Below are positions 29,100-38,814 of a stretch of 64,000 nucleotides of DNA, in pieces. A model generated the notes under the pieces. The model was not told the origin of the DNA, did not search any database, and worked only from the letters and a program-made list of their open reading frames with translations. How positions within the stretch are numbered: the stretch's first letter is position 1; the number at the start of each line of letters is the position of its first letter. The stretch is from positions 1,925,836 to 1,989,835 of the forward strand of contig OZ241740.1 in NCBI GenBank assembly GCA_965200975.1. The letters run 5' to 3'. The position numbers and the translations under genes were made by a program. The DNA is from Dehalococcoidia bacterium. GTDB lineage: Bacteria; Chloroflexota; Dehalococcoidia; Lucifugimonadales; Australimonadaceae.

Positions 29100-30812
29100 A
29101 TGTCCGCGCCCCTCTACGACCACGAAGCAACCCAACGCGTCCGCGACGCCGAACTCGCCTGGGAGCATAACGAGCTCCGCAAGGCTGTCGAGCGCGCCCC
29201 GGAATCGCGAGACCGCTTCGTCTCCGTCTCCGGAAAGGAGATCAACCGCCTCTATACGCCCGCCGACACGCCAGCGTTCGACTACGACGCCGACCTCGGC
29301 TTCCCGGGAACGTACCCCTTCACTCGCGGCGTCTACCCGACTATGTACCGCGGGCGGCAGTGGACCCGGCGCCAAATCGCAGGGTTCGGCACCGCCAAGT
29401 CCACCAACCAGCGCTACAAGTACCTGCTCGCCCACGGGCAGACCGGCCTCTCCACCGACTTCGACCACCCCACGCTGACCGGCTACGACTCCACGCACCC
29501 TCTCTCGGAGGACGAGGTCGGGAGGCTCGGCGTCGCCATCGACACGGCTCGCGATATGTCCGACCTGTTCGACGGAATCCCCATCGACAAGGTCAGCATC
29601 TCGCTCACGATCAACCACCCCGCCATCGTGCTGCTCAGCTTCCTCCTCGCGCACGCCGAAAAGGCCGGCGTCCCGTGGAGCGTCCTGCGCGGCACCGTGC
29701 AGAACGACTCGCTCAAGGAGTTTCACGGCCAGAAGACGTTCGCGCTCCCCCCAAGAGGCGCCTACCGCATGACGATGGACGTCGTCGAGTTCTGCACCCG
29801 CAACGTCCCCAACTGGAACACCATCTCCATCTCCGGCTACCACACCCGCGAGGCCGGCTCAACCGCCGCGCAGGAGGTCGGCTTCACCCTGGCCCAGGGC
29901 ATGGCGTACGTCGAAGGAGGGCTGCGCCGCGGACTCGCCCCCAACGAGTTCGGCCCCCGGCTCTCGTTCTTCTTCGGCGTCCATATGGACTTCTTCGAAG
30001 AGGTCGCCAAGCTCCGCGCCGCGCGGCGCCTCTGGGCCCGCATTATGAAGGAGCGCTACGGCGCCACCGACCCTCGCGCAATGCTCTGCCGGTTCCACAC
30101 GCAGACGCTTGGATCCACGCTCATCCGCGAGGGGGCGCTCAACAACATCATCCGGGGCTCCGCCCAGGCGCTCGCCGCCATCCTCGGCGGCACGCAATCG
30201 CTCCACGTTAGCGGCTACGACGAGGCGCACGACATCCCCTCGGAAGACGCCATGCGGATGTCGCTCAACACCCAGCGCATCCTCGGCGCCGAGACCGGCG
30301 TCGCAAGCGCCATCGACCCTCTCGGCGGCTCGTTCTTCGTCGAGCGCCTCACCAACGACATTGAAGAGGAGGCGCTGGCCTACATCCGCGCTATCGAGGA
30401 TATGGGCGGAGGAGACGGCCTCCTCGACGGTATGTTCGCCGCCATCGACAACGGCTACATCGAACGCCAAATCTCCGAGGCTGCGTTCGACTACCAGATG
30501 CGCATCGAAGACGGCGAGTACGTCGTCCTCGGACTCAACGAGCGCGAGGAAGAGGCGCCCCCGCCGCCTGCGCTCTACGAGCACGACAACGCCGAAGAGA
30601 CGCGCCAGATCGAACGCGTCGAGGCCGTCGTAAGCGGGCGCGACGCCGCCCGAACCGAGTCCGCTCTCGACGCGCTGCGCCGCGCCGCAGAAGGCGACGA
30701 GAACACGATGCCGCGCATTCTCGCCGCCGCCCATGCCGACGCCACCGAGGGCGAGATTATGGGCGCCTTGCGCGACGTGTTCGGCGACCACCAGGATCCC
30801 GGAGTCTTCTAG
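29100..30812 (+). CDS. hcmA: B12-dependent acyl-CoA mutase large subunit, 2-hydroxyisobutyryl-CoA mutase type
   Basis: FTRGVYPTMYRG..WT.RQIAGFG, GLSTDFD, GTVQND, SISGYH; Ile in RQIAG and Asp in STDFD are HcmA signatures. Confidence 0.75.
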   Translation: MSAPLYDHEATQRVRDAELAWEHNELRKAVERAPESRDRFVSVSGKEINRLYTPADTPAFDYDADLGFPGTYPFTRGVYPTMYRGRQWTRRQIAGFGTAKSTNQRYKYLLAHGQTGLSTDFDHPTLTGYDSTHPLSEDEVGRLGVAIDTARDMSDLFDGIPIDKVSISLTINHPAIVLLSFLLAHAEKAGVPWSVLRGTVQNDSLKEFHGQKTFALPPRGAYRMTMDVVEFCTRNVPNWNTISISGYHTREAGSTAAQEVGFTLAQGMAYVEGGLRRGLAPNEFGPRLSFFFGVHMDFFEEVAKLRAARRLWARIMKERYGATDPRAMLCRFHTQTLGSTLIREGALNNIIRGSAQALAAILGGTQSLHVSGYDEAHDIPSEDAMRMSLNTQRILGAETGVASAIDPLGGSFFVERLTNDIEEEALAYIRAIEDMGGGDGLLDGMFAAIDNGYIERQISEAAFDYQMRIEDGEYVVLGLNEREEEAPPPPALYEHDNAEETRQIERVEAVVSGRDAARTESALDALRRAAEGDENTMPRILAAAHADATEGEIMGALRDVFGDHQDPGVF

Positions 30813-30814
30813 CA

Positions 30815-31225
30815 ATGCCGGCGGACAACCACCCGAAGGTCATTCTCGCCAAGCTCGGGCTCGACGGCCACGACCGCGGAGTGAAGGTCGTCGCCAAGGC
30901 GCTCGAAAGGGCCGGCATGGACGTCGTTTATATGGGGATGCGCGTGACTCCCGAGCAGGTTGTCGACCGCGCCCAGGCCGAAGGCGCCAACGTCATCGGC
31001 ATCTCCCTCCTCTCCGGCGCCCACAAGCCCATTATGGCCCGGCTTATGCAGGTCATCGACGAGCGCGAGATGCGGGGCGAGACGCTCATCCTCCTCGGCG
31101 GCGCCGTGCCCGACGCCGACGTCCCCGAACTCAACGAAATGGGCGTCGACGGCGTCTTCCCCGTCGGCTCAAGCCTGCGCGACATTCAGGCGTTCATCAG
31201 CGAGCGCCTCGCGGAGAAGGAGTAG
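30815..31225 (+). CDS. hcmB: acyl-CoA mutase small cobalamin-binding subunit
   Basis: KLGLDGHDRG (DxHxxG), ISLLSG, LLGG. Confidence 0.8.
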   Translation: MPADNHPKVILAKLGLDGHDRGVKVVAKALERAGMDVVYMGMRVTPEQVVDRAQAEGANVIGISLLSGAHKPIMARLMQVIDEREMRGETLILLGGAVPDADVPELNEMGVDGVFPVGSSLRDIQAFISERLAEKE

Positions 31226-31230
31226 CCCCG

Positions 31231-32610
31231 ATGCCGCTCCCCTGGCCTCCGCTGTACGACCCCGCCTACGTCCCGCCTGACGAACAGGAGCATTGGAGCC
31301 CCGAGCTGGAGACGATGGCGCCGGAAGCCCGGCTCGAGATCATCGCCGCCAAACTCATCGGCCAGACTGCATGGGCTTACGAGCGCTCGCCGTTCTACCG
31401 CAAAAGGTGGGACGCCGCAGGCTTCCACCCTGCGCAGATCAAGACTATCGACGACATCCAGCGTATTCCCATCATCACCAAGGAAGACCTGCGCGAAGAC
31501 CTCATCGAGAACCCTCCGTTCGGCAGCAATATCTGCGACGACTGGCGAAACATTCTCCGCGTTCACGGTTCGTCCGGCACGACAGGCATCCCTACGGTCA
31601 TCGCCATCAGCCGCGACGACTGGGCGCGCATCAGCGAGGCGCACGCCCGAGTCGAATGGGGCGCCGGCGTCCGCCCAGGCGACACCGTCTTCATCGCCTC
31701 CCCGTTCAGCCTCTATATGGGCTCATGGGGAATGCTCGCCGGGGCGGAGCGGATGGGCGCCAAGTGCTTCCCGTTCGGCGCGGGCGCGCCTGGTCAGACC
31801 CGCATGGCCGTTCGATGGTGCCTCGCCGCTACGCCGTCGGTGTTCTACGGCACTCCCTCCTACGCGCTCTATCTGGCCGAAACAGCCCGCGAGGAGGGCG
31901 TCGACCCGCGCGCGTTCGGTTTCCGCATCCTCTTCTTTTCCGGCGAGCCCGGCGCGTCGATACCGGCCACCCGCCGCGCCCTCGAGGAAGCCTACGGCGC
32001 CATCGTGATCGACAGCGGCTCCACCGGGGAGATGTCGCCGTGGATGAGCAACGGCGGTTGCCGCCACTCCTCCGGCATGCACCTGTGGCAGGATATGGTG
32101 TTCACCCAGCTCGTCGACCCCGTGACGCACAACGTCGTCCCCTATGGCGGCGAGGGGGTGCCCGTCTACACGCACCTCGAACGCGCGTCCCAGCCCCTCA
32201 TCCGCTTCTGGTCAGGCGACCTCGCCCGATGGTCCGACGACCCCTGCCCTTGCGGGCGCACCTACCCCTCCCTGCCGCAAGGCATCTACGGGCGCGTCGA
32301 CGATGCAGTCACCGTACGCGGCGAGAACGTCTACCCCTCCGCGGTCGAAAACGTCGTCCGGGCCATCCCCGAACTCACCGGCGAGTTCCGAATGGTCGTC
32401 ACCCGTGAACGCGCAATGGACGAGCTCACCGTGCTCGCAGAAGCCGCCGGCGCCGGGGAAGACCTCTCAAGCGTCAAGCTCAAGCTCGAGTCCGACCTCG
32501 CAGCGACGCTCGGCATCCGCGCGAGCGTCGAGCTGAAAGCGCCCGGCGAGCTCGAACGCACCCAGTTCAAGGCGCGCCGGCTCATCGACGAACGCGACCT
32601 TTACAGCTAA
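31231..32610 (+). CDS. PaaK-like CoA ligase (candidate 2-hydroxyisobutyrate-CoA ligase)
   Basis: HGSSGTTGIP, GEP, PLIRFWSGD, CPCGRT, GRVDD, RGENVYPS. Confidence 0.85.
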   Translation: MPLPWPPLYDPAYVPPDEQEHWSPELETMAPEARLEIIAAKLIGQTAWAYERSPFYRKRWDAAGFHPAQIKTIDDIQRIPIITKEDLREDLIENPPFGSNICDDWRNILRVHGSSGTTGIPTVIAISRDDWARISEAHARVEWGAGVRPGDTVFIASPFSLYMGSWGMLAGAERMGAKCFPFGAGAPGQTRMAVRWCLAATPSVFYGTPSYALYLAETAREEGVDPRAFGFRILFFSGEPGASIPATRRALEEAYGAIVIDSGSTGEMSPWMSNGGCRHSSGMHLWQDMVFTQLVDPVTHNVVPYGGEGVPVYTHLERASQPLIRFWSGDLARWSDDPCPCGRTYPSLPQGIYGRVDDAVTVRGENVYPSAVENVVRAIPELTGEFRMVVTRERAMDELTVLAEAAGAGEDLSSVKLKLESDLAATLGIRASVELKAPGELERTQFKARRLIDERDLYS

Positions 32611-32676
32611 CCCCTCTTCCCTTCCTCACATCGCCGCCGCAGGCGATGGAGAAGACCCAACCAGAAGGAGCGACCG

Positions 32677-33039
32677 ATGGGAACCTCGCGAATGTACACC
32701 GACGCCAACGGCGACACGACCTGGCAGCCGATCGACCTCAGCGAACATCAGGACTGGCTCGACGGCATGGACGCCGCGAACATCAAGTTCGGCATTCGGC
32801 CTCCCGACGTCGAACAGGACTGGCACCCGGCGCCGGCGCGGCAGTTCGTCATCATCCTCTCCGGCGCGCTGCAGATCACCTACCCCGACGGCTCGCAACG
32901 CGTGTTCGGAGCAGGCGAGGCGCGCTTAATGGACAACATCACCGGCAAGGGACACAAGACCATAGCGGTCGGCGGGGAGCCTTGCGTAACCGCCACCATC
33001 GTCCTCGCCGACCAGACTCCCCGCATCGGAGCAATCTAG
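32677..33039 (+). CDS. cupin-domain protein
   Basis: DWHPAPARQFVIILSG...DNITGKGH. Confidence 0.8.
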   Translation: MGTSRMYTDANGDTTWQPIDLSEHQDWLDGMDAANIKFGIRPPDVEQDWHPAPARQFVIILSGALQITYPDGSQRVFGAGEARLMDNITGKGHKTIAVGGEPCVTATIVLADQTPRIGAI

Positions 33040-33119
33040 GCCCTTCCTTCTCTCCGGCTTTCTCCGACCGGGAAGCCGAGGGGCCCCAACAGCGTCCGGC
33101 AGGACAGAGAGCAGACGCG

Positions 33120-33560
33120 GTGCGCAACACGAAACAGGTCGAGGTGCGCGTAGCTGCAGGCGGCGCCGACTGGCGCGGAGCGCTCGCCGTGAGGCATACG
33201 GTGTTTGTCGTCGAGCAGGGCGTGCCGCCCGAACTCGAGCAGGACGATCTCGACGCCTCGGCCCTGCACGTCGTCGCCGTCAGCGGCAACGGCGTTGTGG
33301 GCACGGCGCGTCTCACCCGGGAGGACGGCGCGCGCATAGGCCGGGTGGCCGTGCTGCCCGCGTGGCGGCGGCGAGGCATCGCGGGAATGCTGGTCGCCGC
33401 CCTCGAGGCGGAGGCCCGGCGGCTAGGCGCTTCCCGCGTAAGCCTGCACTCGCAGAGCTATGTGCAGTCGCTCTACGCCAAACTCGGCTACGAGGCTGAC
33501 GGCCCGCCCTTCATCGAGGCAGGCATCGACCACATCCCCATGACCAAGCACCTCGCCTGA
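33120..33560 (+). CDS. GNAT N-acetyltransferase (ElaA/YjcF-like)
   Basis: VRHTVFVVEQGVP, IGRVAV..WRRRGIA, FIEAGIDHIPM. Confidence 0.85.
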   Translation: MRNTKQVEVRVAAGGADWRGALAVRHTVFVVEQGVPPELEQDDLDASALHVVAVSGNGVVGTARLTREDGARIGRVAVLPAWRRRGIAGMLVAALEAEARRLGASRVSLHSQSYVQSLYAKLGYEADGPPFIEAGIDHIPMTKHLA

Positions 33561-33637
33561 CGCCCGCTCTCCGCTCCCCACCGTTCGTCGAGGGAGGCCT
33601 CCGGAGAACAGGCGGCGTCCGCCCGTGAGGGGCAGCG

Positions 33638-34201
33638 CTACCCTCTGCCCTCGACGAGGGGCAGGCTTCCGCCCTTTCTCCCGGCGCGTGGGTCGCGCCT
33701 CAGCCTGAAGGCGCCGCGGACGTCGCGGACTCCGAGCGCCCCGCTCTCGATCAGCGCCCCGCGAACGCCCGGACGCAGCCGCGACGGGATGTCCACCGCG
33801 ACGAGCGAACGCCCGCAGGCGAGGTGATGCTCGTACTCGGCGGCTATCTCGTCGTCCAGCCCTTCCTCGGTGGCCGCCATCGCCCCGATCCACGAGCCGA
33901 ACACTGCGCCGAACTTCCACACCGTCGCTGCGAGCAGTATCTTCACGTTCAGGTCGAGCGGGAAGAGGAAGATCGCGACCAGCGAGGGCGCCTCAACGAT
34001 GAGCGAGCCCAATACTCCCCACTTCACCGCCGCGCGCAGCATCGTCTCGCCGCGCCGCGCGAGCCGCGGCGGGCCGGGCGCGTCGTCCTCCGGCAGCGCG
34101 CAGGCTACAGCCATGCGCTCGCCGAAACCGCACTCCTCGAGGAGGGTCTCGGCCTCCATGGCGGCCTCGCGCCGGTCGAATACGCCGACGACTGCGGTCA
34201 T
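33638..34201 (-). CDS. hypothetical membrane protein
   Basis: MTAVVGVFD start, two TM segments, ATGA overlap with upstream hydrolase. Confidence 0.6.
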   Translation of the reverse strand: MTAVVGVFDRREAAMEAETLLEECGFGERMAVACALPEDDAPGPPRLARRGETMLRAAVKWGVLGSLIVEAPSLVAIFLFPLDLNVKILLAATVWKFGAVFGSWIGAMAATEEGLDDEIAAEYEHHLACGRSLVAVDIPSRLRPGVRGALIESGALGVRDVRGAFRLRRDPRAGRKGGSLPLVEGRG

Positions 34202-34962
34202 GCGACCGGCGTCGTCGCCTTCAGGGCGCCGTCGAAGAAGTCGATGAGCTTCACCCAAGCGTCCGCCGCGACCGAGGGGTTCCAGCGAACAGGGTTGTAC
34301 GGGTCGTTGAAGGCGTGCTGTCCGTCGGGGTAGCGGTAGAACGCGTACGGTTTGCCTTGCCGCTTCAGCTCGTCCTCGAGCCTGTCGACATCCGGCGGGG
34401 CCGGGTTAGCGTCGAGGTCGCCGAAAAAGCCCGCCAGCGGGCAGCGCAAATCGGCGGTCAGGTCGAGCGGCGCAGGGCCGTCGCTCCCCCACGGCAGGTG
34501 AACATCCGTGCCGTAGAAATCGGCGCACGCCGAGAACTCGTCCGTGCCGACGGCCAGCAGATACGCGACGCGTCCGCCGATGCAGAAGCCGGTGACCCCA
34601 AACGGGCCAGCGACTCCGGGCATACCCTGCAGATGGCGGAGCGCAGCAAGCATATCCTCGACGAGTTCGCCGTCGCGCAACTGGTCTTTCAGCGGCATGG
34701 CGACCTCGCGGCGCTTGGGATCCTCGAACGCGTAACCAATGAGCTCGCCGTTCTCAACGTTCGAGCGATGGAAGAGGTAGGGCGCGATGGCGGCGTAACC
34801 GGCCGCTGCAAGCTCGTCGCACTTGCCCTGCACAAACCGGTCTATCCCGAACACGTGCATCGCCACAATGACGCCGGGATGCGGGCCGTCGCCCTCCGGC
34901 AGCGCCACATACGCCTCGGCCTGCTTCCCGCCCACACTAATCTGCGCCCACTCCGATGGCAT
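34198..34962 (-). CDS. dienelactone hydrolase family protein
   Basis: GVTGFCIGG nucleophile motif, FYG, GDLD, HAF. Confidence 0.9.
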   Translation of the reverse strand: MPSEWAQISVGGKQAEAYVALPEGDGPHPGVIVAMHVFGIDRFVQGKCDELAAAGYAAIAPYLFHRSNVENGELIGYAFEDPKRREVAMPLKDQLRDGELVEDMLAALRHLQGMPGVAGPFGVTGFCIGGRVAYLLAVGTDEFSACADFYGTDVHLPWGSDGPAPLDLTADLRCPLAGFFGDLDANPAPPDVDRLEDELKRQGKPYAFYRYPDGQHAFNDPYNPVRWNPSVAADAWVKLIDFFDGALKATTPVA

Positions 34963-34997
34963 TGCGCCCTCCTTCGCTGTACTCCCCGTCTCTCAGC

Positions 34998-35960
34998 CTA
35001 CTCTTCCCGAATGACAAGCGCGGACTTGCCCTTGATCTGCCTCGACTCCTGGTAGCGGTGGGCCTCAACAGCCTCGGCGAGCGGCCAGACGCGGTCGATG
35101 GTCGGGCGCAGCTTCCCTTCGCCGAACCATGCGATGATCTGCCGGAAATCGTCCGCGGGCGTCAGCGATCCTCCCGCGCCCAGCACCGATACTGCGTTCC
35201 GGTAGAGCGCCGCCACCGGGAACGTGGTCTCGCGCCCGCCGGCGCCGCCGAACACGGTGAGCCGCCCGAACCGGGCGAGCGCGTTGATTCCGCGCGCGAG
35301 GACATCGCCGCCGACGCCGTCGACTATCACGTCCACGCCGCGCCCGTCCGTGAGCCGCTTCGTCTCTTCGACAAAGTCCTGCTCCGCGTAGTTGATCCCG
35401 TGGTCGAGGCCGTACTGCTTGGCCCAGTCGAGCTTCTCCGCGCTGCTGGCGGTCCCGATAACGGTCGCCCCAATTTGCTTGGCGAGCTGAATGGCGGCGA
35501 CGCCCACCCCGGACGCAGCAGCCTGCACCAGTACGGTGTCTCCGGCCTTCGCCGCGCCCCTAACGCTCAGCGCCGCCCAGGCAGTCGTGTAGATGATCGT
35601 GACCGTCGACGCCTCGACAAGGCTCAGGTTGTCCGGCACGGCGTAGACCGATCGCTCCGGCACGACGACGAGCTCGGCGTAGGAGTACGGCGGCTGCCGG
35701 ACGATGACGCGGTCGCCCGCCTTTACGGACGCAACGCCCTTCCCTACCGCAGCGACCGTGCCTGCGCCTTCGATGCCGAGCAGCGCAGGGAAATCCGCCG
35801 CCTGGCCCATACGTCCTGCGCGACGCGACACTTCGGCGGGGTTGACGCCGGAGGCTGCGAGGCTGACGAGCACATCGCCGTCGCCCGGTTCCGGATCGGG
35901 AACGTCCTCGAGTCGCAGCACTTCCGGGCCGCCAAACTCATGGAAACGGACAGCTTTCAT
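34998..35960 (-). CDS. NADPH:quinone oxidoreductase (MDR, zeta-crystallin type)
   Basis: FGGPEVL, GVNP, LGIEGAG, AAASGVG. Confidence 0.88.
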   Translation of the reverse strand: MKAVRFHEFGGPEVLRLEDVPDPEPGDGDVLVSLAASGVNPAEVSRRAGRMGQAADFPALLGIEGAGTVAAVGKGVASVKAGDRVIVRQPPYSYAELVVVPERSVYAVPDNLSLVEASTVTIIYTTAWAALSVRGAAKAGDTVLVQAAASGVGVAAIQLAKQIGATVIGTASSAEKLDWAKQYGLDHGINYAEQDFVEETKRLTDGRGVDVIVDGVGGDVLARGINALARFGRLTVFGGAGGRETTFPVAALYRNAVSVLGAGGSLTPADDFRQIIAWFGEGKLRPTIDRVWPLAEAVEAHRYQESRQIKGKSALVIREE

Positions 35961-36050
35961 AGCGCGCCTCCTCTCTCCCAGGGCGATTATCCGCCCTCCG
36001 TCCTCTTAGCGAAAGGGCGGCTGAGACCCCCTGGCTCTTCTGGGCGCTTG

Positions 36051-36083
36051 CTGGGAGAGCGTCCGCTCCCCCAGACCCCCTGG
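36051..36083 (+). repeat. solo copy of the REP-like element
   Basis: CTGGGAGAGCGTCCGCTCCCCCAGACCCCCTGG. Confidence 0.85.
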
Positions 36084-36092
36084 CTCTCTTTT

Positions 36093-37259
36093 TCAGGAGA
36101 TAGCGTTCAGGCCGGTGAGGCGGCGCCCTAGGATGAGCTGATGCATATGCTGCGTGCCTTCGTAGGTGTGCACCGTCTCGAGGTTCATTGCATGGCGCAT
36201 CGGCGAGAAGTCGTCGGTTATGCCTGCGGCGCCGAGCAAGTCCCGGCAAGTTCGGGCTATGTCGAGCGCGGTTTTCGTGTTGCTGTACTTCCCCATGCTG
36301 ATGTGCGACCAGTGCAGCTTGCCCGCCTCTTTCAGCCGCCCGACCTGCAGCGCGAACAGCTGGGCCTTCGATAGCGCGGTCGCCATATCCGCCAGCTTCT
36401 CCTGCACGAGCTGAAACGACGCAAGGGGGCGCCCGAACTGCTCGCGCTCTTTCGTGTACTCGATGGCCGTGTGCAGGGCGTCGGCGGCAGCGCCGCACAC
36501 GCCCCAAATGATGCTGTACCGCGCCGAGTTCAGGCACGCGAGCGCCGAGCCCAGCCCGCGCGAGCCCGGCAGCAGCGCATCTTCCCCTACGCGCACTCGG
36601 TCGAACGCGATGCCGCTCGTTACGCTCATCCGCATCGAAAGCTTGTTGTGAATGTTCTCGCGCGCGACGCCCGGCAGCGACGCGGGCACGAGAAATCCGC
36701 GAATGGCCTCGCCAAGCCGCGCCCACACAACGATAACGTCGGCGACGCCGGCGTTGGTGATCCACATTTTCGAGCCCGTTATCTCGTACCCGCCGTCAAT
36801 CGCGACGGCCTCCGTCTCCATACCGGAGGGGTCGCTGCCGTGGTCGGCCTCGGTAAGCGCGAAGGCGCCTAGAACGCGTCCAGCCGCCATTTCGGGCAGG
36901 TAGCGCTCGCGCTGCTCCTCCGTCCCGAACTCGTAAATCGCCGTCATTGCAAGCGAGGACTGCACGGACGCAAACGACCGGTAGCCGGAGTCCGCCCGTT
37001 CGAGCTCCTGCATTATCAAGCCGTAAGCGACGGGGCCGACGCCGGCGCACCCGTAGCCGTTCAGGTGGGCGCCGAAAACGCCGAGCTCGCCCATCCGCGG
37101 CGCAAGATGCATCGGGAACGTCCCTTCCCGGAAATGCGGGACGACGACGGGGAGCGCCTCGGCCTCGACGAACGCGCGAATTGCGTCGCGCGCCTGGCGC
37201 TCGTCGTCGGTGAGCTGGCTCTCCAGTTCGATCAGGTCAATGCCGCGATACGGCTCCAT
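36093..37259 (-). CDS. gcdH: glutaryl-CoA dehydrogenase-like acyl-CoA dehydrogenase
   Basis: YGLIMQELERADSGYRSFASVQSSL, LTEADHGSDP, KMWITN, MNLETVHTYEGT. Confidence 0.8.
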   Translation of the reverse strand: MEPYRGIDLIELESQLTDDERQARDAIRAFVEAEALPVVVPHFREGTFPMHLAPRMGELGVFGAHLNGYGCAGVGPVAYGLIMQELERADSGYRSFASVQSSLAMTAIYEFGTEEQRERYLPEMAAGRVLGAFALTEADHGSDPSGMETEAVAIDGGYEITGSKMWITNAGVADVIVVWARLGEAIRGFLVPASLPGVARENIHNKLSMRMSVTSGIAFDRVRVGEDALLPGSRGLGSALACLNSARYSIIWGVCGAAADALHTAIEYTKEREQFGRPLASFQLVQEKLADMATALSKAQLFALQVGRLKEAGKLHWSHISMGKYSNTKTALDIARTCRDLLGAAGITDDFSPMRHAMNLETVHTYEGTQHMHQLILGRRLTGLNAIS

Positions 37260-37358
37260 AGCGACTTCTCCCGTTCCGCCAGCCCCGAAGAGGGTGTTCC
37301 GGCTCCGGCTGGCGAGGCGCGCCTGTCCCCAAGGGGCGGACGCGCTCTTTCGCCATTA

Positions 37359-37397
37359 TAGAGAAGAGGCCGCCCTGCGCAGGGCGGCCTCTCTCTT
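37359..37397 (-). terminator. intrinsic terminator after the three-paralogue operon
   Basis: AGAGGCCGCCCTG-CG-CAGGGCGGCCTCT hairpin with purine/pyrimidine flanks. Confidence 0.7.
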
Positions 37398-37419
37398 CAC
37401 ATACTTCCTTGTCTATGGG

Positions 37420-38175
37420 CTAGGCGGGGCAATGCACCGGCGTCTCGCCCCTCTCCGCGACAGCGGCCTCGACAGCGGCGGTCATCTCCGCAACCTGGGC
37501 GTCGAGAACGCCGGAGGCCATCAGGTAGTCGCGCAGGACGCTGATAACGGACCAGACGTCGTCATCCACTCCCTCGGAATCGAGAGCGGCAAGCGCGTCG
37601 ATCTTCGTCTGAAGGGCGTCGACCTTCGCCTGCATCGCATCGATGCCCTCTTGCGCCTCCTCGCGGTCGGTAATGTGGCAGAACGCAAGGGGCGTGCTGG
37701 TAATGACGTCGAACGTGCCGGGGTCAACGACGCTGAGGGCGCGCATTCGCTCGACGTCGCCGTCGCCGGGGCCGATGCCGGAGCGCTGGCGCGTGAAGCG
37801 CCCAAGCGTCCAAACGGTCGTCCAGGCTCCGCGGTCGTTGGTCACCATGGTGCCGGTCTCCCGCACCCTGTTGCTGGTGAACCCCGTAATGTCCGAGGGC
37901 GCTCCCGGTCCGTCGTTGACCATGAGGATGACCTCCTGGCCGGGTGCGAAACCGGAGCCCCAGATGCGGACGGTCTCGCGCGAGGAGCGGCTGCCAAGCT
38001 CGTGGTCGACCACGATGCTCTCCACAACCACGTTCTCCAGTCCGGAGATGTGGCCGTCAGCCGAGGCCGACTTGGAGTTGAACACCGTAAAGCCGGTGAT
38101 TAGCCCGATGAGAAGTCCTGCCGCAACAAGCGCGAGGACCACAGCTCGGGGGTGGGATGCTACAGTACTCGTCAC
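37420..38175 (-). CDS. secreted protein of unknown family, paralogue C (with coiled-coil insertion)
   Basis: Signal peptide ...SASA|DGH, GSGFAPG, NDRGAW, LGRFTR, PLAFC...HCPA; AGGAGG RBS. Confidence 0.8.
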   Translation of the reverse strand: MTSTVASHPRAVVLALVAAGLLIGLITGFTVFNSKSASADGHISGLENVVVESIVVDHELGSRSSRETVRIWGSGFAPGQEVILMVNDGPGAPSDITGFTSNRVRETGTMVTNDRGAWTTVWTLGRFTRQRSGIGPGDGDVERMRALSVVDPGTFDVITSTPLAFCHITDREEAQEGIDAMQAKVDALQTKIDALAALDSEGVDDDVWSVISVLRDYLMASGVLDAQVAEMTAAVEAAVAERGETPVHCPA

Positions 38176-38199
38176 GATTTCCTCCTGTGTGGCTCGCGC

Positions 38200-38766
38200 T
38201 TAGGCGGAACAGAAGTCGGGGACTTCTTCGCCTTCCTCACGATTGCTCAAGTTACAGAGGGCCAAGGGAGCGCTGGCGACAAAGTCGTAGCTCCCCATGT
38301 CGACTGCCCAGATGGTCACCATGGCCTCGGTCCCTACGTTGGTGCGCGTAAAGCGCCCAAGCAGCCAGTTGCTGGCGAACGCGCCGTCCTCATTCGAAAC
38401 GAGAGGCCAGGGAAGCCCGCCGCCGTCGCGCCGGCTGCTCGGTCGGCAGACCCCGTCGTCGTTCAAGCGGCACGTGCTGATTTCGTAGAGCGCGCCCGCG
38501 CTGTCGGAAGCCAAAAGGGTGATCTCGCGGCGGGGCTGGAAGCCGGAGCCGCGAATCCACACGTTCGTCGTCGACCGGCTCTTGCCGGGCTCGAAGTCGA
38601 TCTCATTGGCGGAGAGCACGATCTGCTCGTTGCCGGTCGTGTGGCCCGTTGCGCCGGCGCTCTGAACGCCGGTGGCCGCAAGGGCTATGGCAAGGCCAAG
38701 GACAAGGCCAGCGACCACCCACAGTGGGGCTGTCCGCCTCTTCATTGCTGCATACGTCCGAATCAC
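38200..38766 (-). CDS. secreted protein of unknown family, paralogue B
   Basis: Signal peptide ...SAGA|TGH, GSGFQP, NEDGAF, LGRFTR, PLALC...FCSA; AGGAGG RBS. Confidence 0.8.
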   Translation of the reverse strand: MIRTYAAMKRRTAPLWVVAGLVLGLAIALAATGVQSAGATGHTTGNEQIVLSANEIDFEPGKSRSTTNVWIRGSGFQPRREITLLASDSAGALYEISTCRLNDDGVCRPSSRRDGGGLPWPLVSNEDGAFASNWLLGRFTRTNVGTEAMVTIWAVDMGSYDFVASAPLALCNLSNREEGEEVPDFCSA

Positions 38767-38814
38767 TGAGTCCTCCTGATCCCTACGTTACTAAAGCGCG
38801 GCTGACCGTTTGGG

